NCBI GenBank assembly: GCA_963663235.2
Contig: CAXXNO010000012.1
Location: 384,001 to 448,000 of the forward strand
DNA length: 64,000 bases
Reading direction: 5' to 3'
Source: Dehalococcoidia bacterium
Lineage (GTDB): Bacteria; Chloroflexota; Dehalococcoidia; Bin125
The position numbers and the translations under genes are program-made. This document shows positions 9,065 to 21,285 of the stretch, piece after piece. How positions within the stretch are numbered: the first letter of the stretch is position 1; every line of letters begins with the position of its first letter. A model generated the notes under the pieces. The model did not search any database and was not told the origin of the DNA. It worked only from the letters and a program-made list of their open reading frames with translations.

Positions 9065-10795
9065 ATGGTGCGCATCCGCACCGATAGCGCCCGCGGGCGG
9101 CGCTGGATCATCCCCGAACCGCACGAACACTGCCCCATTCCGAACACGGCGTACCCCGATTTCGTCACCACACTGCTGCGGCGCAGGGGTATCGAGAGTG
9201 CGGATGAAGCAGCGCAGTTCCTCTTCGACACCCCGGCCGCGCGGCCGGACCCCCTCCTCCTCCCCGGCGCACCCGCCGCCCTGGATCGCATCGAGCGGGC
9301 GATCGTCGGGAACGAAGGGATCGCGGTCTACGGTGACTTCGATGTGGACGGCGTCACTTCCTCGGTGATCCTCACCGAGGCGATCCGCGCGCTGGGCGGT
9401 CGGGTCACGCCCTACATCCCCGATCGGTTCACGGAAGGGTACGGTGTGCACCGCGATGCCTTGACGCGGCTCAGGCGCGATCACGGCATCAGCCTGGTGA
9501 TCACGGTGGACTGCGGGCTGTCATCGTGGGCCGAGGTGGATGACGCCAATGCGCAGGGGCAAGACGTCATCGTGGTCGACCACCACACCATCCCCGATCG
9601 GCTGCCGGCCGCTCACGCGATCGTGCATCCCGGGCTTGGAGAGGGCACCTATCCCTACCGCGAGCTCTCCGCCGGCGGCTTGGCCTATCGGCTGGCCCCC
9701 GCCATGATGGAGCGCTTCGGACGGGCGGTGGAGCCGGATCGCTGGCTGGACCTGGCGACGCTCAGCACCGTGGCGGACGTGGTGCCGCTCACGGGCGAGA
9801 ACCGGTGGATCGTGCGCGATGGGTTGAACGCGATCCGCCACACGTCGCGCGCGGGACTGCGCGCTCTCCTTGACGTCGCCGCGTTGGGGTCCAAAGCGCT
9901 CGACGTGGAGGCCATCGCGTTCGCGCTGGCGCCCCGGCTGAACGCGGCCGGGCGTCTGGAGCACGCCATGCGGGCCTTCGATCTGCTGATCGAAACGGAT
10001 CCCGATCGCGCCGCCGATCAGGCTGCCGCGCTGGACCGGCTGAACCTTCGCCGCCGCCAGATGACGCTGGACGCGATGGAGCGAGCCAACGCCCTGCTGG
10101 CCAACGAAGAACCAGACGCGCCCCTCACCTTCCTCGGCGACGCTGCCATCCCGCAAGGGATCACCGGGCTGGTCGCGGGCCGCATGGCCGAAGAGCGCTA
10201 CCGACCGGCAGTGATTTACGAAGAGGGGCCTGAATTCATCCGCGCCTCCTGTCGCTCTATTCCGGAGTTTGATGTGGCGGAGGCGCTGCGCGACTGCGCC
10301 GACCTGCTGGAGCGGTACGGGGGACATCGGGCGGCAGCCGGATTTACAGCGCGGACCAGCGTCATCCCTGAGCTGAAGGAGCGCCTCGCGGCGATCGCCG
10401 GCGAGCGACTGAGTCAGGTACCGCTGCAACCGCAGATCGTGGTGGACGGGCAGGTGCCGCTCGCCTCATTACAGGGCACGCAAGTGGCATGGTTGGCCCG
10501 CCTGGCTCCCTTCGGCGCGGGCAACCCCGCGCCGACTTTCGTGAGCGCGAACGTCGGCCTGGCGGACGCGCGCCGGGTAGGGAACGGGGGCGAGCATCTG
10601 CGCCTCACCCTGCGCGACGGCGATGCGATCTGGCCGGGCATCGGCTTTCGGCTGGGGAAGTGCCCGGCCGCCGTTGGTGATCGCGTGGACGTGGTCTGGT
10701 CCCTGCGGCACGCTGGGCTATCCGGGGGCAACGAGATGGAGCTCGAAATCCAGGACCTGGCACCCGCCTCGGCGCCGTCTCTCCCGCCGACGTAG
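9065..10795 (+). CDS. recJ: Single-stranded-DNA exonuclease RecJ
   Basis: YGDFDVDG, ITVDCG, DHH, PRLNAAGR, GGHRAAAG, PFGAGNPAP. Confidence 0.95.
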   Translation: MVRIRTDSARGRRWIIPEPHEHCPIPNTAYPDFVTTLLRRRGIESADEAAQFLFDTPAARPDPLLLPGAPAALDRIERAIVGNEGIAVYGDFDVDGVTSSVILTEAIRALGGRVTPYIPDRFTEGYGVHRDALTRLRRDHGISLVITVDCGLSSWAEVDDANAQGQDVIVVDHHTIPDRLPAAHAIVHPGLGEGTYPYRELSAGGLAYRLAPAMMERFGRAVEPDRWLDLATLSTVADVVPLTGENRWIVRDGLNAIRHTSRAGLRALLDVAALGSKALDVEAIAFALAPRLNAAGRLEHAMRAFDLLIETDPDRAADQAAALDRLNLRRRQMTLDAMERANALLANEEPDAPLTFLGDAAIPQGITGLVAGRMAEERYRPAVIYEEGPEFIRASCRSIPEFDVAEALRDCADLLERYGGHRAAAGFTARTSVIPELKERLAAIAGERLSQVPLQPQIVVDGQVPLASLQGTQVAWLARLAPFGAGNPAPTFVSANVGLADARRVGNGGEHLRLTLRDGDAIWPGIGFRLGKCPAAVGDRVDVVWSLRHAGLSGGNEMELEIQDLAPASAPSLPPT

Positions 10796-10855
10796 CGATT
10801 TCGCTACACTGCCCCTCGCCACGGCGCTGCCCGGTCTGGGAGTTCGGGAGGTCGC

Positions 10856-12928
10856 ATGCCGATCGTCGATCCCGCGCAGATCCGCAATCTGGTGCTGATG
10901 TCGCACGGAGGTGCGGGCAAGACCTCGCTGGTAGAGGCGCTGGCGTTCGCCGCGGGAGCCACGAACCGGCAGGGCCGCGTCGAAGATGGCAACACCGTTG
11001 CGGACTTTGACCCGGACGAGCAGAAGCGCAGCATGAGCGTGAACGTGGCGGTGGTTTCGTTCGATCATGGCGGCCGCCGCATCAACCTGATCGACACCCC
11101 GGGCTACGCGGATTTCATCGGCGAGGTGAAGGCCGGCGCGCGCGCCGCCGACGTCGCTCTGATCGTTGTGGACGCGACCGCTGGGGTGCAGGTCGGGACC
11201 GAGACGGCGTGGGAGATCGCCGACGAGCGGTCCGTGCCCCGGATCGTCGTAGTCAACCGCATCGACCGCGAGAACGCCAACTGGGATGCGACGGTGGCAT
11301 CGATTCAGGAAACACTCGGAGCGCAGTGCGTGCCCTTGCATCTGCCGATCGGGAGCGAGGCGAGCTTCGAAGGGTTGGTCGACGTGATGCGCGGCGAGGC
11401 CTTCCGCAGTGACGGGGCGAAGCCCTCGGACACACCGGCTGACCTTGAGAGCGCGGTCGCGGCCGCCCGCGATTCGCTGATCGAGCGGATTGCCGAGGCG
11501 GACGACGACCTGACGATGAAGTACCTCGAAGGCGAAGAGCTCACCGCCGACGAGATCCGCAGCGGCCTCAAGCAGGCCATCCTGGCCGGCACGCTGGTCC
11601 CGATCGTGGTGACGTCTGCGACGAACAACATCGGGACGCTGCCGCTCCTCCGTCTGATCGGCGACGACGCGCCCTCACCCGTCGACATCGGGGCCGTCAA
11701 GGCCCTGCGTGATGGCGAGGAAGTCGAGATCGCTGTTGACCCGGCCGCTCCGCCCGCTGCCCTGATCTTCAAGACCAGCGCCGACGAGTTCGTCGGTCGG
11801 CTTACCTACGTGCGCGTGTACAGCGGCACCGTCACGGGCGATGCACCGCTCTGGAACACCCAAAAGAGCGAGACCGAACGGCTCAGCAATCTATCGCACG
11901 TCTTCGGCAAGGAGCTGAAGCCAGTCGATGCCCTAGGGCCCGGCGACATCGGCACCGTCACCAAGCTCAGCGTCTCGACCACGTTCGACACGCTCTGCGA
12001 CAAGAACCACCCCGTGACCTTGCCAGCCCCCTCGCTACCGGAACCGGTCTTCGCCGCGGCCATCCATCCTGAGTCCAAGGCGGATGTCGACAAGCTCGGC
12101 CCCAGCCTGCAACGGCTGATGGAGGAGGACCCCACGCTGCGCGTCGATCGCGAAGCGGATACCGGCGAGACGATCCTCAGCGGGTTGGGAGAGTCTCACG
12201 TGGAGCTGGCCGCGGATAAGCTGCGTCGCAAGTTCAAGGTCGCGGTGCAGATCACCGAGCGTCGGATCCCGTATCGCGAAACCATCACCAGCACGGCGGA
12301 GGCGGAGTACCTGCACAAGAAGCAGACCGGCGGCCACGGCCAGTACGCCCGCGTGGCGCTGCGCGTGGAACCGCGAGGCCGCGGCGAGGGCTTCGAGTTC
12401 GCCCAGAAGATCGTGGGCGGCGCCGTGCCGCGCAACTACATCCCCGCGGTCGAGAAGGGCGTGCAGGAGGTGCTACCCGGCGGCGTCCTGGCGCACTACC
12501 CGCTGACCGACCTCAAGGTCACCCTCTACGACGGCAGGCATCACGACGTGGACTCCAGCGACATGGCCTTCAAGATGGCAGGGAGCCAGGCGCTCAAGGG
12601 GGCGACACAGAAAGCCCACCCCATCCTGCTCGAGCCGATCATGGCCTTGCGCATCATCGTGCCGGACACCGCCACCGGCGACGTCATGAGCGACCTCAAT
12701 TCCCGGCGCGCCCGCGTGCAAGGCATGGAGCCGAGCGGCACGGGCAACACGACCATTGTGGCGGAGGGGCCTATGGCCGAATTCCGCCGCTACGCCACAG
12801 AGCTGCGCTCCATCACCGGAGGCCGCGGCAGCTTCCGCGCCACGTTCGAGCGCTACGAGCCGGTGCCGGAGCACGTCGCCAAGAAGGTGATCGAAAAGGC
12901 GCAGGCGGCCGCCGAAGAGACCCACTAG
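10856..12928 (+). CDS. Elongation factor G-like paralog (EF-G2 type)
   Basis: SHGGAGKT, DTPGYADF, NRIDRE, KKQTGGHGQY, HDVDSSDMAF; G2 is RSMSV instead of RGITI; not in an str operon. Confidence 0.9.
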   Translation: MPIVDPAQIRNLVLMSHGGAGKTSLVEALAFAAGATNRQGRVEDGNTVADFDPDEQKRSMSVNVAVVSFDHGGRRINLIDTPGYADFIGEVKAGARAADVALIVVDATAGVQVGTETAWEIADERSVPRIVVVNRIDRENANWDATVASIQETLGAQCVPLHLPIGSEASFEGLVDVMRGEAFRSDGAKPSDTPADLESAVAAARDSLIERIAEADDDLTMKYLEGEELTADEIRSGLKQAILAGTLVPIVVTSATNNIGTLPLLRLIGDDAPSPVDIGAVKALRDGEEVEIAVDPAAPPAALIFKTSADEFVGRLTYVRVYSGTVTGDAPLWNTQKSETERLSNLSHVFGKELKPVDALGPGDIGTVTKLSVSTTFDTLCDKNHPVTLPAPSLPEPVFAAAIHPESKADVDKLGPSLQRLMEEDPTLRVDREADTGETILSGLGESHVELAADKLRRKFKVAVQITERRIPYRETITSTAEAEYLHKKQTGGHGQYARVALRVEPRGRGEGFEFAQKIVGGAVPRNYIPAVEKGVQEVLPGGVLAHYPLTDLKVTLYDGRHHDVDSSDMAFKMAGSQALKGATQKAHPILLEPIMALRIIVPDTATGDVMSDLNSRRARVQGMEPSGTGNTTIVAEGPMAEFRRYATELRSITGGRGSFRATFERYEPVPEHVAKKVIEKAQAAAEETH

Positions 12929-14178
12929 CGCCCCACCACGCGCAGCCATCGGCGCTTCCCGACTTTCAGCACCCCCCCGGGCGTCACGGCAACCTGCGGT
13001 GTCTTGACGCGCACGCCGTCAAGCTCAACGCCGCCCTGCGCGAGCAGCCGCTTGACTTCGCTCCTGCTCTGGACCACACCGGCGCTCGTAAGCAACTCGA
13101 CTAGGTCCACACGAGCGTGGCCGTCTGGGAACGCCAGCGCCACCTCCGGCATCTCCTCTGGGATTTCGCGCTGCGAGAAGACCCTCGCAAACTCATGGGC
13201 CGCGGCGTCGGCCGCCGCCACCCCGTGCCACTCCAACACAATGGCGTGGGCCAGCCGCTTCTTTGCCTCCATGGGATGCAGCGAGCGATCACCGAGCCCG
13301 GTCTCGATGCCGGCGACCTCTTCCGTGGGGAAGTTAGTGGCCAGCGTGAAGAACGTCCGCAGCGAGTCGTCCGGGATCGACATCGCCTTGCCGTACTGCT
13401 CGTCCGGTGGCTCGTTGATGCCGATGTGGTTGCCGGCGCTCTTTGACATGCGCGCCTTGCCGTCCAGCCCCACCAGGATGGGGAAGGTCACTATCACCTG
13501 GGGCGGCTGCCCCTGTGCGCGCTGGAGGATTCGACCGGCCATCAGGTTGAAGGTTTGATCCGTGCCGCCGATCTGCACGTCCGTCCGCAGAGCCACGGCG
13601 TCGTAGCCTTGCATCAGCCCGTACATGAATTCGTGCACGTAGACCGGGTCGCCGCGCTCTAGCCGTCGCCTGAACGTGTCCCGCTCAAGGAATTGGGCGA
13701 CCGTGAAGTGGCTGGCCAGCCGGATCACTTCGGCGAAGCTGAGCGCAGCCAACCACTCGCTGTTTCGCCGCACTTCGGTGCGCTCCGGGTCCAGCACCTT
13801 GAACGCCTGATCCTGATAGGTGCGGGCGTTGGCGTCCAACTCTTCGGCCGTCATCATTGGCCGGAGCGACTCCTTGTCCGACGGATCGCCCACCAGGCCG
13901 GTGAAGTCGCCGATCAGCAGGATCGCCTGGTGGCCGAGGTCGGAGAACGTGCGCAATTTGCGCAGTCCCACGCAATGCCCCAGGTGCAGGTCGGGCGCCG
14001 TCGGGTCGACGCCAAGGTAAACACGCAGCGGAGTCTCAGAGCGGACCGACTTCGCCAGCCGCTCGCGCAACTCCCGCTCCATCGTGGCGCGCGTCTCTGT
14101 ATCGCCGAATGCCGTGCCGCGCATGATCCGCGCGTGCTGGCGCTCAACCTCCTCGGCGATTGCGGTCTCGTCGCTCAT
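12925..14178 (-). CDS. tyrS: Tyrosine--tRNA ligase
   Basis: YLGVDPTAPDLHLGH, GGTDQ, RMSKS, C-terminal S4 domain. Confidence 0.96.
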   Translation of the reverse strand: MSDETAIAEEVERQHARIMRGTAFGDTETRATMERELRERLAKSVRSETPLRVYLGVDPTAPDLHLGHCVGLRKLRTFSDLGHQAILLIGDFTGLVGDPSDKESLRPMMTAEELDANARTYQDQAFKVLDPERTEVRRNSEWLAALSFAEVIRLASHFTVAQFLERDTFRRRLERGDPVYVHEFMYGLMQGYDAVALRTDVQIGGTDQTFNLMAGRILQRAQGQPPQVIVTFPILVGLDGKARMSKSAGNHIGINEPPDEQYGKAMSIPDDSLRTFFTLATNFPTEEVAGIETGLGDRSLHPMEAKKRLAHAIVLEWHGVAAADAAAHEFARVFSQREIPEEMPEVALAFPDGHARVDLVELLTSAGVVQSRSEVKRLLAQGGVELDGVRVKTPQVAVTPGGVLKVGKRRWLRVVGR

Positions 14179-15107
14179 CGCGCCAGCATCTCTCGCGCGC
14201 CTTCGCAGTCTTTGTGCAGCTGCGCGACCAATGCGTCGATGCTTTCGAACTTCAGCTCCGAGCGCAGCCGGCAGTCCAGCTCGATCCGCAGGTCGCTGCC
14301 ATAGAGGTCACCGCTAAAGTCCAGGATGTGGCACTCCACGGAGAGCAGAGCGCTGTCGTCGAAGGTTGGGCGCACACCGATGTTCGTCACCGAAGGCAGC
14401 ACCCGATCCTCGACGTGAGCCAGCGTCGCGTAGACGCCGGTGGCGGGCAACGCGCGATCGGCGCCGACGGCGATGTTGGCTGTGGGCACCCCGATCGTCT
14501 GACCGCGCTCGAAGCCGCGGGTCACCGGGCCGTGCAGCGAGAAGCGCCGTCCCAGCAGGTCGTTGACCAGGGCGATGTCGCCGGCGGCGAGCGCGGCGCG
14601 GATGTCGCTCGAGGAGATCTGCGATGCGTCCTCACGCAGGAGCGCGACCGCGTCCACGGTGAAGCCGAAGCGGTCGCCCAACGCGCGCAAAGTCTCGATG
14701 TCGCCGCCACGCTTCCGCCCCAGGGCAAAGTCGGGGCCGATCACCAGTCGGGCCATCTGGAGCTCCGTGCACAGCAATTGCACGAAGTCCGTGGCGTCGG
14801 TCTGCGCAAGCTCGGACGTGAAGGTGAGAGGCGCCACGCAGTCGAAGCCTAATGCGAAGAGCAGATCCAGCCGGTCCTCCAGGCTGGTGATGTACTGGAT
14901 CTGGATCGCCGGATCCAGGACCTGGCGCGGATGGGGATGGAGCGTAACCACTCCCGCCGCCAGCCCGTCGGCCCGGGCCGCGGCGATCACCTGGCCCAAG
15001 ACGGCCTGATGCCCGCGATGCACACCGTCGAAGATTCCGACTGTGAGCGCCATCGGACGCTTCACGGACGCGCGTCGCAACTCTTCCCGCGCTAGCGCGG
15101 TGACCAC
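14175..15107 (-). CDS. ribF: Bifunctional riboflavin kinase/FAD synthetase
   Basis: GIFDGVHRGH, ISSS, GVPTAN, NIGVRPTF, ECHILDF. Confidence 0.95.
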   Translation of the reverse strand: MVTALAREELRRASVKRPMALTVGIFDGVHRGHQAVLGQVIAAARADGLAAGVVTLHPHPRQVLDPAIQIQYITSLEDRLDLLFALGFDCVAPLTFTSELAQTDATDFVQLLCTELQMARLVIGPDFALGRKRGGDIETLRALGDRFGFTVDAVALLREDASQISSSDIRAALAAGDIALVNDLLGRRFSLHGPVTRGFERGQTIGVPTANIAVGADRALPATGVYATLAHVEDRVLPSVTNIGVRPTFDDSALLSVECHILDFSGDLYGSDLRIELDCRLRSELKFESIDALVAQLHKDCEGAREMLAR

Positions 15108-15185
15108 CGCAGCGCTCCTTCTCGGCAGCGAACAGGTCGCCCCCGCCAGCGCGGCCAGCGTACCACGGCGCAGCGTGGCAGCCGC

Positions 15186-15968
15186 TTAGAGGCCGCTCTC
15201 GGCGGGCGCAACATCGACAGCGGGGAGCGGTCGCTTGGCCTCGACGAGGATGTCTCCGTAGGTGTGGTCCTGGCGCATGTCGATGTCGCGCAACTTGTAC
15301 AGCTCTAGGATTGCCAGGAACGTCACAATCACTTCGATGCGCGTGCGCGCCTCCGCGATCCAGGCGCGGAACGAGACCAGAGGCCCATCGCTCAGCCGCC
15401 GGCGGAGGTCGGCGATCCGATCCTGCACCGTGACCGGTTCGCGATGGAGCGCCACCTCGGGCTGCCGGCGCGCCGGCGCCTCCGCACGGGTCAGCGCGTC
15501 GCGGACGATGGTGGCGAGCAAGTCCAGGGTGACGCTGTCCGGCAGCCCCTGCGGCGGCGGGATGTCGGAGGCCGCGACGGCGCGGGCCGGGAAGGCGCGC
15601 AGCCCGCTGGTGTCGATTGTGGACAGAACATCCACGGCATCGCGATACCGGCGGTACTCCTCCAGCATCTGCACCAACTCGCGGCCGACATCCTCGCCTT
15701 CATCGCCCTCATCGAAGAGTGGATCGATCTCCCGCGGGAGAAGCGCCCGCGACTTGAGCAGCATCAGGCGTGCGCCGATCACGATGAACTCGGCGAGCGA
15801 TTCGGCGTCGGCCGCGCCCTGGCGGGCCTTCATCTCTGCCACGCTCGCCAGGTACTGGTCCGCGACCTGCACCAGCGAAACCTGGGAGATGTCGAGTTCG
15901 CTCTTCTCGATCAGTTGCAGCAGGAGATCGAGGGGTCCTTCAAAGCCGGCTAGGTGCAACCGGAACAT
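15186..15968 (-). CDS. scpA: Segregation and condensation protein A
   Basis: FEGPLDLLLQLI, LKSRALLP, IVTFLAILEL. Confidence 0.93.
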   Translation of the reverse strand: MFRLHLAGFEGPLDLLLQLIEKSELDISQVSLVQVADQYLASVAEMKARQGAADAESLAEFIVIGARLMLLKSRALLPREIDPLFDEGDEGEDVGRELVQMLEEYRRYRDAVDVLSTIDTSGLRAFPARAVAASDIPPPQGLPDSVTLDLLATIVRDALTRAEAPARRQPEVALHREPVTVQDRIADLRRRLSDGPLVSFRAWIAEARTRIEVIVTFLAILELYKLRDIDMRQDHTYGDILVEAKRPLPAVDVAPAESGL

Positions 15969-16043
15969 CAGTCGCAGCGTACACGGCTCGTGCGCCCTGG
16001 GCAGCAGAGCGCACGGCTTATGTTCTCGCTACTGTGCCGTCCG

Positions 16044-17096
16044 TTAGATCGTGGAGGCGGAGGTCCGCTCCAGCTGCGGCGCCAACGGCCGCTTCACCGC
16101 CTGGGCGATCGGCTCCAGATTCCGCATCAGGGCGGCGAAGTTCTCGAACGTCAAGGATTGCGCCCCATCCGAGAGCGCGTGGTCCGGGTTCGGATGCACT
16201 TCCACCATGAGGCCGTCCGCGCCCACCGCCACCGAGGCCCGAGCCATCGGCTCGACGAGCTGCCAGCGCCCCGTGCCGTGGCTGGGGTCGCTGATGACCG
16301 GGAGGTGACTGAGCCGCTTCACCAGCGCGATGGCGGTCAAGTCCAGGGTGTTGCGCGTGGCCGTCTCGAAGGTGCGGATGCCACGCTCGCACAGGATCAC
16401 TTCGTGGTTGCCGTGGGCCATGATGTACTCGGCGGCCAGCAGCCACTCCTCAACCGTGCCGCTCATGCCGCGCTTGAGCATCACCGGCCGCCGCGTGCGG
16501 CCCGCTTCGTCCAGGAGGTTGAAGTTCTGCATGTTGCGCGCGCCGATCTGAAGGATGTCCGCGTAGCGCGCCACAAGATCGACGTCGGTGACAGACATCA
16601 CCTCGGTGATCACGGGCAGGCCCGTCTCTGCTCGCGCCGTCGCAAGGTGCTTCAACCCGTCCTCCCCCAGGCCGCGGAACGCGTAGGGTGACGTGCGCGG
16701 CTTGAACGCGCCTCCCCGCAAGATGTGAGCGCCCGCAGCGGCCACCGCCCGCGCCGTATTCACCAAGTGTTCTTCGCTCTCGACGCTGCAGGGCCCGGCC
16801 ATCACAACAAACGCGCCATCGCCGATGCGCACGCCACCCACCTCGATGATGGTGTCGCGTGGCTTGAACTCGCGACCGGCCAGTTTATACGGGCGGCTGA
16901 TCGGCACGACCGAGTCCACCCCCGGCATGGTGCCGATGGCGGTGCGGATCTCCGGGTCCACCACCCGGCCCACCGCGCCGATCACCGTTCGCTCTGCGCC
17001 CGTGGAGAGATGGCCTTGGAGGCTCGCCTCTTTCAGGCGTTCCAGGACGGCGCGGATCTGCTCCTCTCCGGCGGTCGATTGCATCACGACAAGCAT
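16044..17096 (-). CDS. aroF: DAHP synthase, type I-beta with N-terminal ACT-like domain
   Basis: [43 protein letters not shown]. Confidence 0.95.
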   Translation of the reverse strand: MLVVMQSTAGEEQIRAVLERLKEASLQGHLSTGAERTVIGAVGRVVDPEIRTAIGTMPGVDSVVPISRPYKLAGREFKPRDTIIEVGGVRIGDGAFVVMAGPCSVESEEHLVNTARAVAAAGAHILRGGAFKPRTSPYAFRGLGEDGLKHLATARAETGLPVITEVMSVTDVDLVARYADILQIGARNMQNFNLLDEAGRTRRPVMLKRGMSGTVEEWLLAAEYIMAHGNHEVILCERGIRTFETATRNTLDLTAIALVKRLSHLPVISDPSHGTGRWQLVEPMARASVAVGADGLMVEVHPNPDHALSDGAQSLTFENFAALMRNLEPIAQAVKRPLAPQLERTSASTI

Positions 17097-17130
17097 TGAT
17101 AGCTCCTCCTCGGAAGGCAGGCGGACCCGA

Positions 17131-17520
17131 TTACGCCGACTCTCCGGACACGTCCGGTCGCAGCACGCGGGCCTCGTGAAGGTAGACGTGCTGGATCTCC
17201 GCCTGGGAGCGCTCTGTATTCACGTGCAACAGAACGCGCAGGCAGCGCGGCAGGCTTCCGGGGACGTCAATCTCGTGCCCGCACATGAGAGCAACATTCG
17301 ACCAGCCCATATCTCGCGCCGCTACCGCGGGAAACTCTGCGTCCAAGTCGGGCGTGGTGGTGAACCAGGCGGAGGCGATCTCCGATGGCTCGATCGCGTT
17401 GCGGCTGATCATGTCCTCCAGCAACTCGCGCGCGGCCTCCACAATCGACTCGCGCGTGTTGTGCTCTACCGTTGTGGCGCCCCGTAGCCCGCATACGCGG
17501 ATGGGGGATCCTTCTCCCAT
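17131..17520 (-). CDS. aroH: Chorismate mutase, AroH class
   Basis: [35 protein letters not shown]; ATG at 17520 after AGGA. Confidence 0.93.
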   Translation of the reverse strand: MGEGSPIRVCGLRGATTVEHNTRESIVEAARELLEDMISRNAIEPSEIASAWFTTTPDLDAEFPAVAARDMGWSNVALMCGHEIDVPGSLPRCLRVLLHVNTERSQAEIQHVYLHEARVLRPDVSGESA

Positions 17521-17670
17521 TGCTCTCTGTCCTTGACGTGCCCTGAACGAAGGAATCGGAATGCCGACAGGGGTGGGCCGGCTGTCAGCGGCCGACGGCT
17601 CCAAACGAGCCGGCCGCGGCGGCATCGATGCGATAGGAACAAGCGGACCGCGCGCGCGCACGGCGACAGT

Positions 17671-18498
17671 TCATCGCTCTTCCTCCTCGATCCGGCGGCC
17701 GGTTACCACCTCTGCGAACTCCTGAACGTCGGCCGCCCGCTTCGATGGCGCGGCGGCCTCGATCACGTCGATCAGCGCGCTGCCGACAACGGCAGCCTCA
17801 CATAGTTTCCCTACAGATTCAACCTGCGCTCGGGTGGAGATGCCGAATCCCACCGCCACCGGCAGGTCGATTCCCGCCTTGACCCGGCGTACGCAGTCCA
17901 CCAGGTCCGGTGGCAGCGCATCGCGGGCGCCGGTCACACCTGTCACGCTGACCAGATAGACGAAGCCCGAGGCCCGCGACCCCACCTCCCGGATCCGAGA
18001 CGCCGTACTGGTAGGCGCAAGCAGATAGATCAGGGCCAGGCCCTGCGAGCGCAACGCCTCACGAATCCGGTCCGACTCCTCCGGCGGCAGGTCGACGATC
18101 AGGAGGCCATCGACGCCGGCGGCTGCAGCGTCGCGGGCCAGCGCCGGGACCCCCTCCCCGCCGGCGTAGGCCAGAAACGGGTTGAGGTACCCCATCAAGG
18201 TGATCGGGACCGCCACGCCACGATCTCGCAGCGCCCGGACGCTGTCCAGCACAAACGACAAGGTGGCGCCCCGGTCCAGGGCGAGCGTGCTGGCGCGCTG
18301 AATCGTAGGACCGTCAGCCAGCGGGTCGCTGAAGGGCACACCCAGCTCTAGGGCGCCCGCACCGCCGCGGATCAGCGCTTCCGCCAGCGGTACGGTGTCA
18401 TCGCGCCCCGGAAAACCCGCAGTCAGAAACGGCATGAACAACGGCCGGCCCCGAGCGTGGGCCGCAGCGAACGCGCTCGCGTAACGACTCTCGCTCAT
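17671..18498 (-). CDS. trpA: Tryptophan synthase alpha chain
   Basis: ELGVPFSDPLADGPTIQ, DLPPEE, SVTGVTG, VGFGIS. Confidence 0.96.
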   Translation of the reverse strand: MSESRYASAFAAAHARGRPLFMPFLTAGFPGRDDTVPLAEALIRGGAGALELGVPFSDPLADGPTIQRASTLALDRGATLSFVLDSVRALRDRGVAVPITLMGYLNPFLAYAGGEGVPALARDAAAAGVDGLLIVDLPPEESDRIREALRSQGLALIYLLAPTSTASRIREVGSRASGFVYLVSVTGVTGARDALPPDLVDCVRRVKAGIDLPVAVGFGISTRAQVESVGKLCEAAVVGSALIDVIEAAAPSKRAADVQEFAEVVTGRRIEEEER

Positions 18499-19366
18499 CC
18501 GACGCCTCGATCGGCAATCGTTGCGACGTAGCCGATCACGTTGAACATGAAGTGGGCCATGATGGCGCTCAAGAGGCTGCCGGAGCGCACGTAGATGAAG
18601 GCAAAGACAAGGCCGATCAGCGCAAACGGGATAAGACTCCCGACATCCAGGTGCACAGCGGCGAACAGCGCTGCACTCGCCGCTGCGCCCCCCAGCACGC
18701 CGAAGCGCCGCGACAGCCCCCCGAAGAGAAAGCCACGATAAAAGATCTCCTCGGCGACAGGCGCGACCAGCACCACCAGCACGCCGGTCAGCGCCACGAG
18801 CCCGACGCTTCCGTAGATCTCGTCTTCGTCGATGGTCGAGACCGGCTCCAGCGCTCCCACGCCGATCACCTCCACCAGGCCGAGGTAGGCGCCCAGCAAA
18901 ACCCAGGACAGCGCGAGCCCAGCGAAGGCCCAGCCCAGATCGCGGCTCGATGGACGGCGCAGGCCGAGCGCCGCGAGTGCACGCCGCCCACCGCCGAGCA
19001 CCAGGAATGGGACCACGACCAAGACCACCGCATCGATCACCAGCGTGGCGATCAGCGTCGCGAGCAGCTCCGTCTTGTCGCTGATGTCGCCCGCCACGAC
19101 GAGATACGCGCCGAGCCCGATATTGAGGACCGCGAAAGCGCCGAGCGCCAATGCGAAGCCCACGAAGACCGTGTTGCGCTCAAATCCTTGGCCCAGCCAG
19201 CCGCGACCAGGGGGCCGCGGACCGGGCGGCGCTCCCGACGGCGGCGCGGGACGCGCCAGCCGCCCAGGTGAGGGTTGATCCCAGAGGGCGCCGGGCCGAT
19301 CGGCCTCGCCAGCCTGCGGGTACGCCTCCGGGGGTGGGAGATCGAGGGGTCGGTCTCGCGACGACG

Positions 19367-19370
<4 letters not shown>
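18495..19370 (-). CDS. CPBP (CAAX/Abi) family intramembrane glutamic protease
   Basis: [21 protein letters not shown] motifs; multiple TM helices. Confidence 0.88.
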
Positions 19371-20592
<1,222 letters not shown>

Positions 20593-20596
<4 letters not shown>

Positions 20597-21285
20597 TCGG
20601 AGCCTCGGGCGGCGGCCACGAACGCCGCGATCTTCATCGGGTCTTTGGCGCCATCCGTCTCGACGCCGGAGGAAACGTCGACCGCCCAGGGCCGGACCTG
20701 TTCGATCGCTTCGCCGACGTTGTCAGGTGTGAGCCCCCCGGCGAGCATGATCGGCTGGGCGCGGGCCACTGCCGCTGCGATGCTCCAGTCGAAGGCCCGG
20801 CCCGAGCCGCCGCGCACGCTCGCGTCTCTGGTGTCCAGCAGCGTGACCGTCGGCGGCGATCGATCCGCCGCGCCCAGCACTCGCTCCGCCGCGTCGCCCG
20901 ACTCGACGTGCACCGCCCGGAGGACGGGCCGAGTCAGCCGCGCCGCCAGGGACGGATGCTCGCCGCCGCTGAGCTGAACCACGTCCAGATCGGCCGAGGC
21001 GGCGACCCGGTTGATCTCATCCGGCGGCTGGCCTGCGAAGACGCCCACCAGGAGCGGCCGTCCAGCGGCGCGGCGCGCCTGCGTGAACGCCGACGCCGTG
21101 GCGTCGAGCACCTCGACGCGCGGCCCCACGCGCGTCCGGATCGCGCGCGCCCGTTCCAGCGAAACCCGTCGGGGACTCTCTGCGAAGACAATGCCGAGAA
21201 AATCGGCTCCAGCCTCGATCGCAGCATCGACGTGCGCGGTCTCACGGAGCCCACAGATCTTGATCAGCACCTCTCCCTCAGTCAT
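20593..21285 (-). CDS. trpF: Phosphoribosylanthranilate isomerase
   Basis: KICGL, LLD...[25 protein letters not shown]. Confidence 0.94.

Noticed and set aside
7655-9484. Long antisense ORFs (609 aa here; also 41755-43074 and 28433-29476)
   Set aside because: Shadow frames of high-GC genes (fabF, amidase, aroA) with no motifs.
10856-12928. EF-G paralog as a novelty or as a TetM-type resistance protein
   Set aside because: It fits the well-known EF-G2-type second copy, with a full-length EF-G domain IV/V signature.
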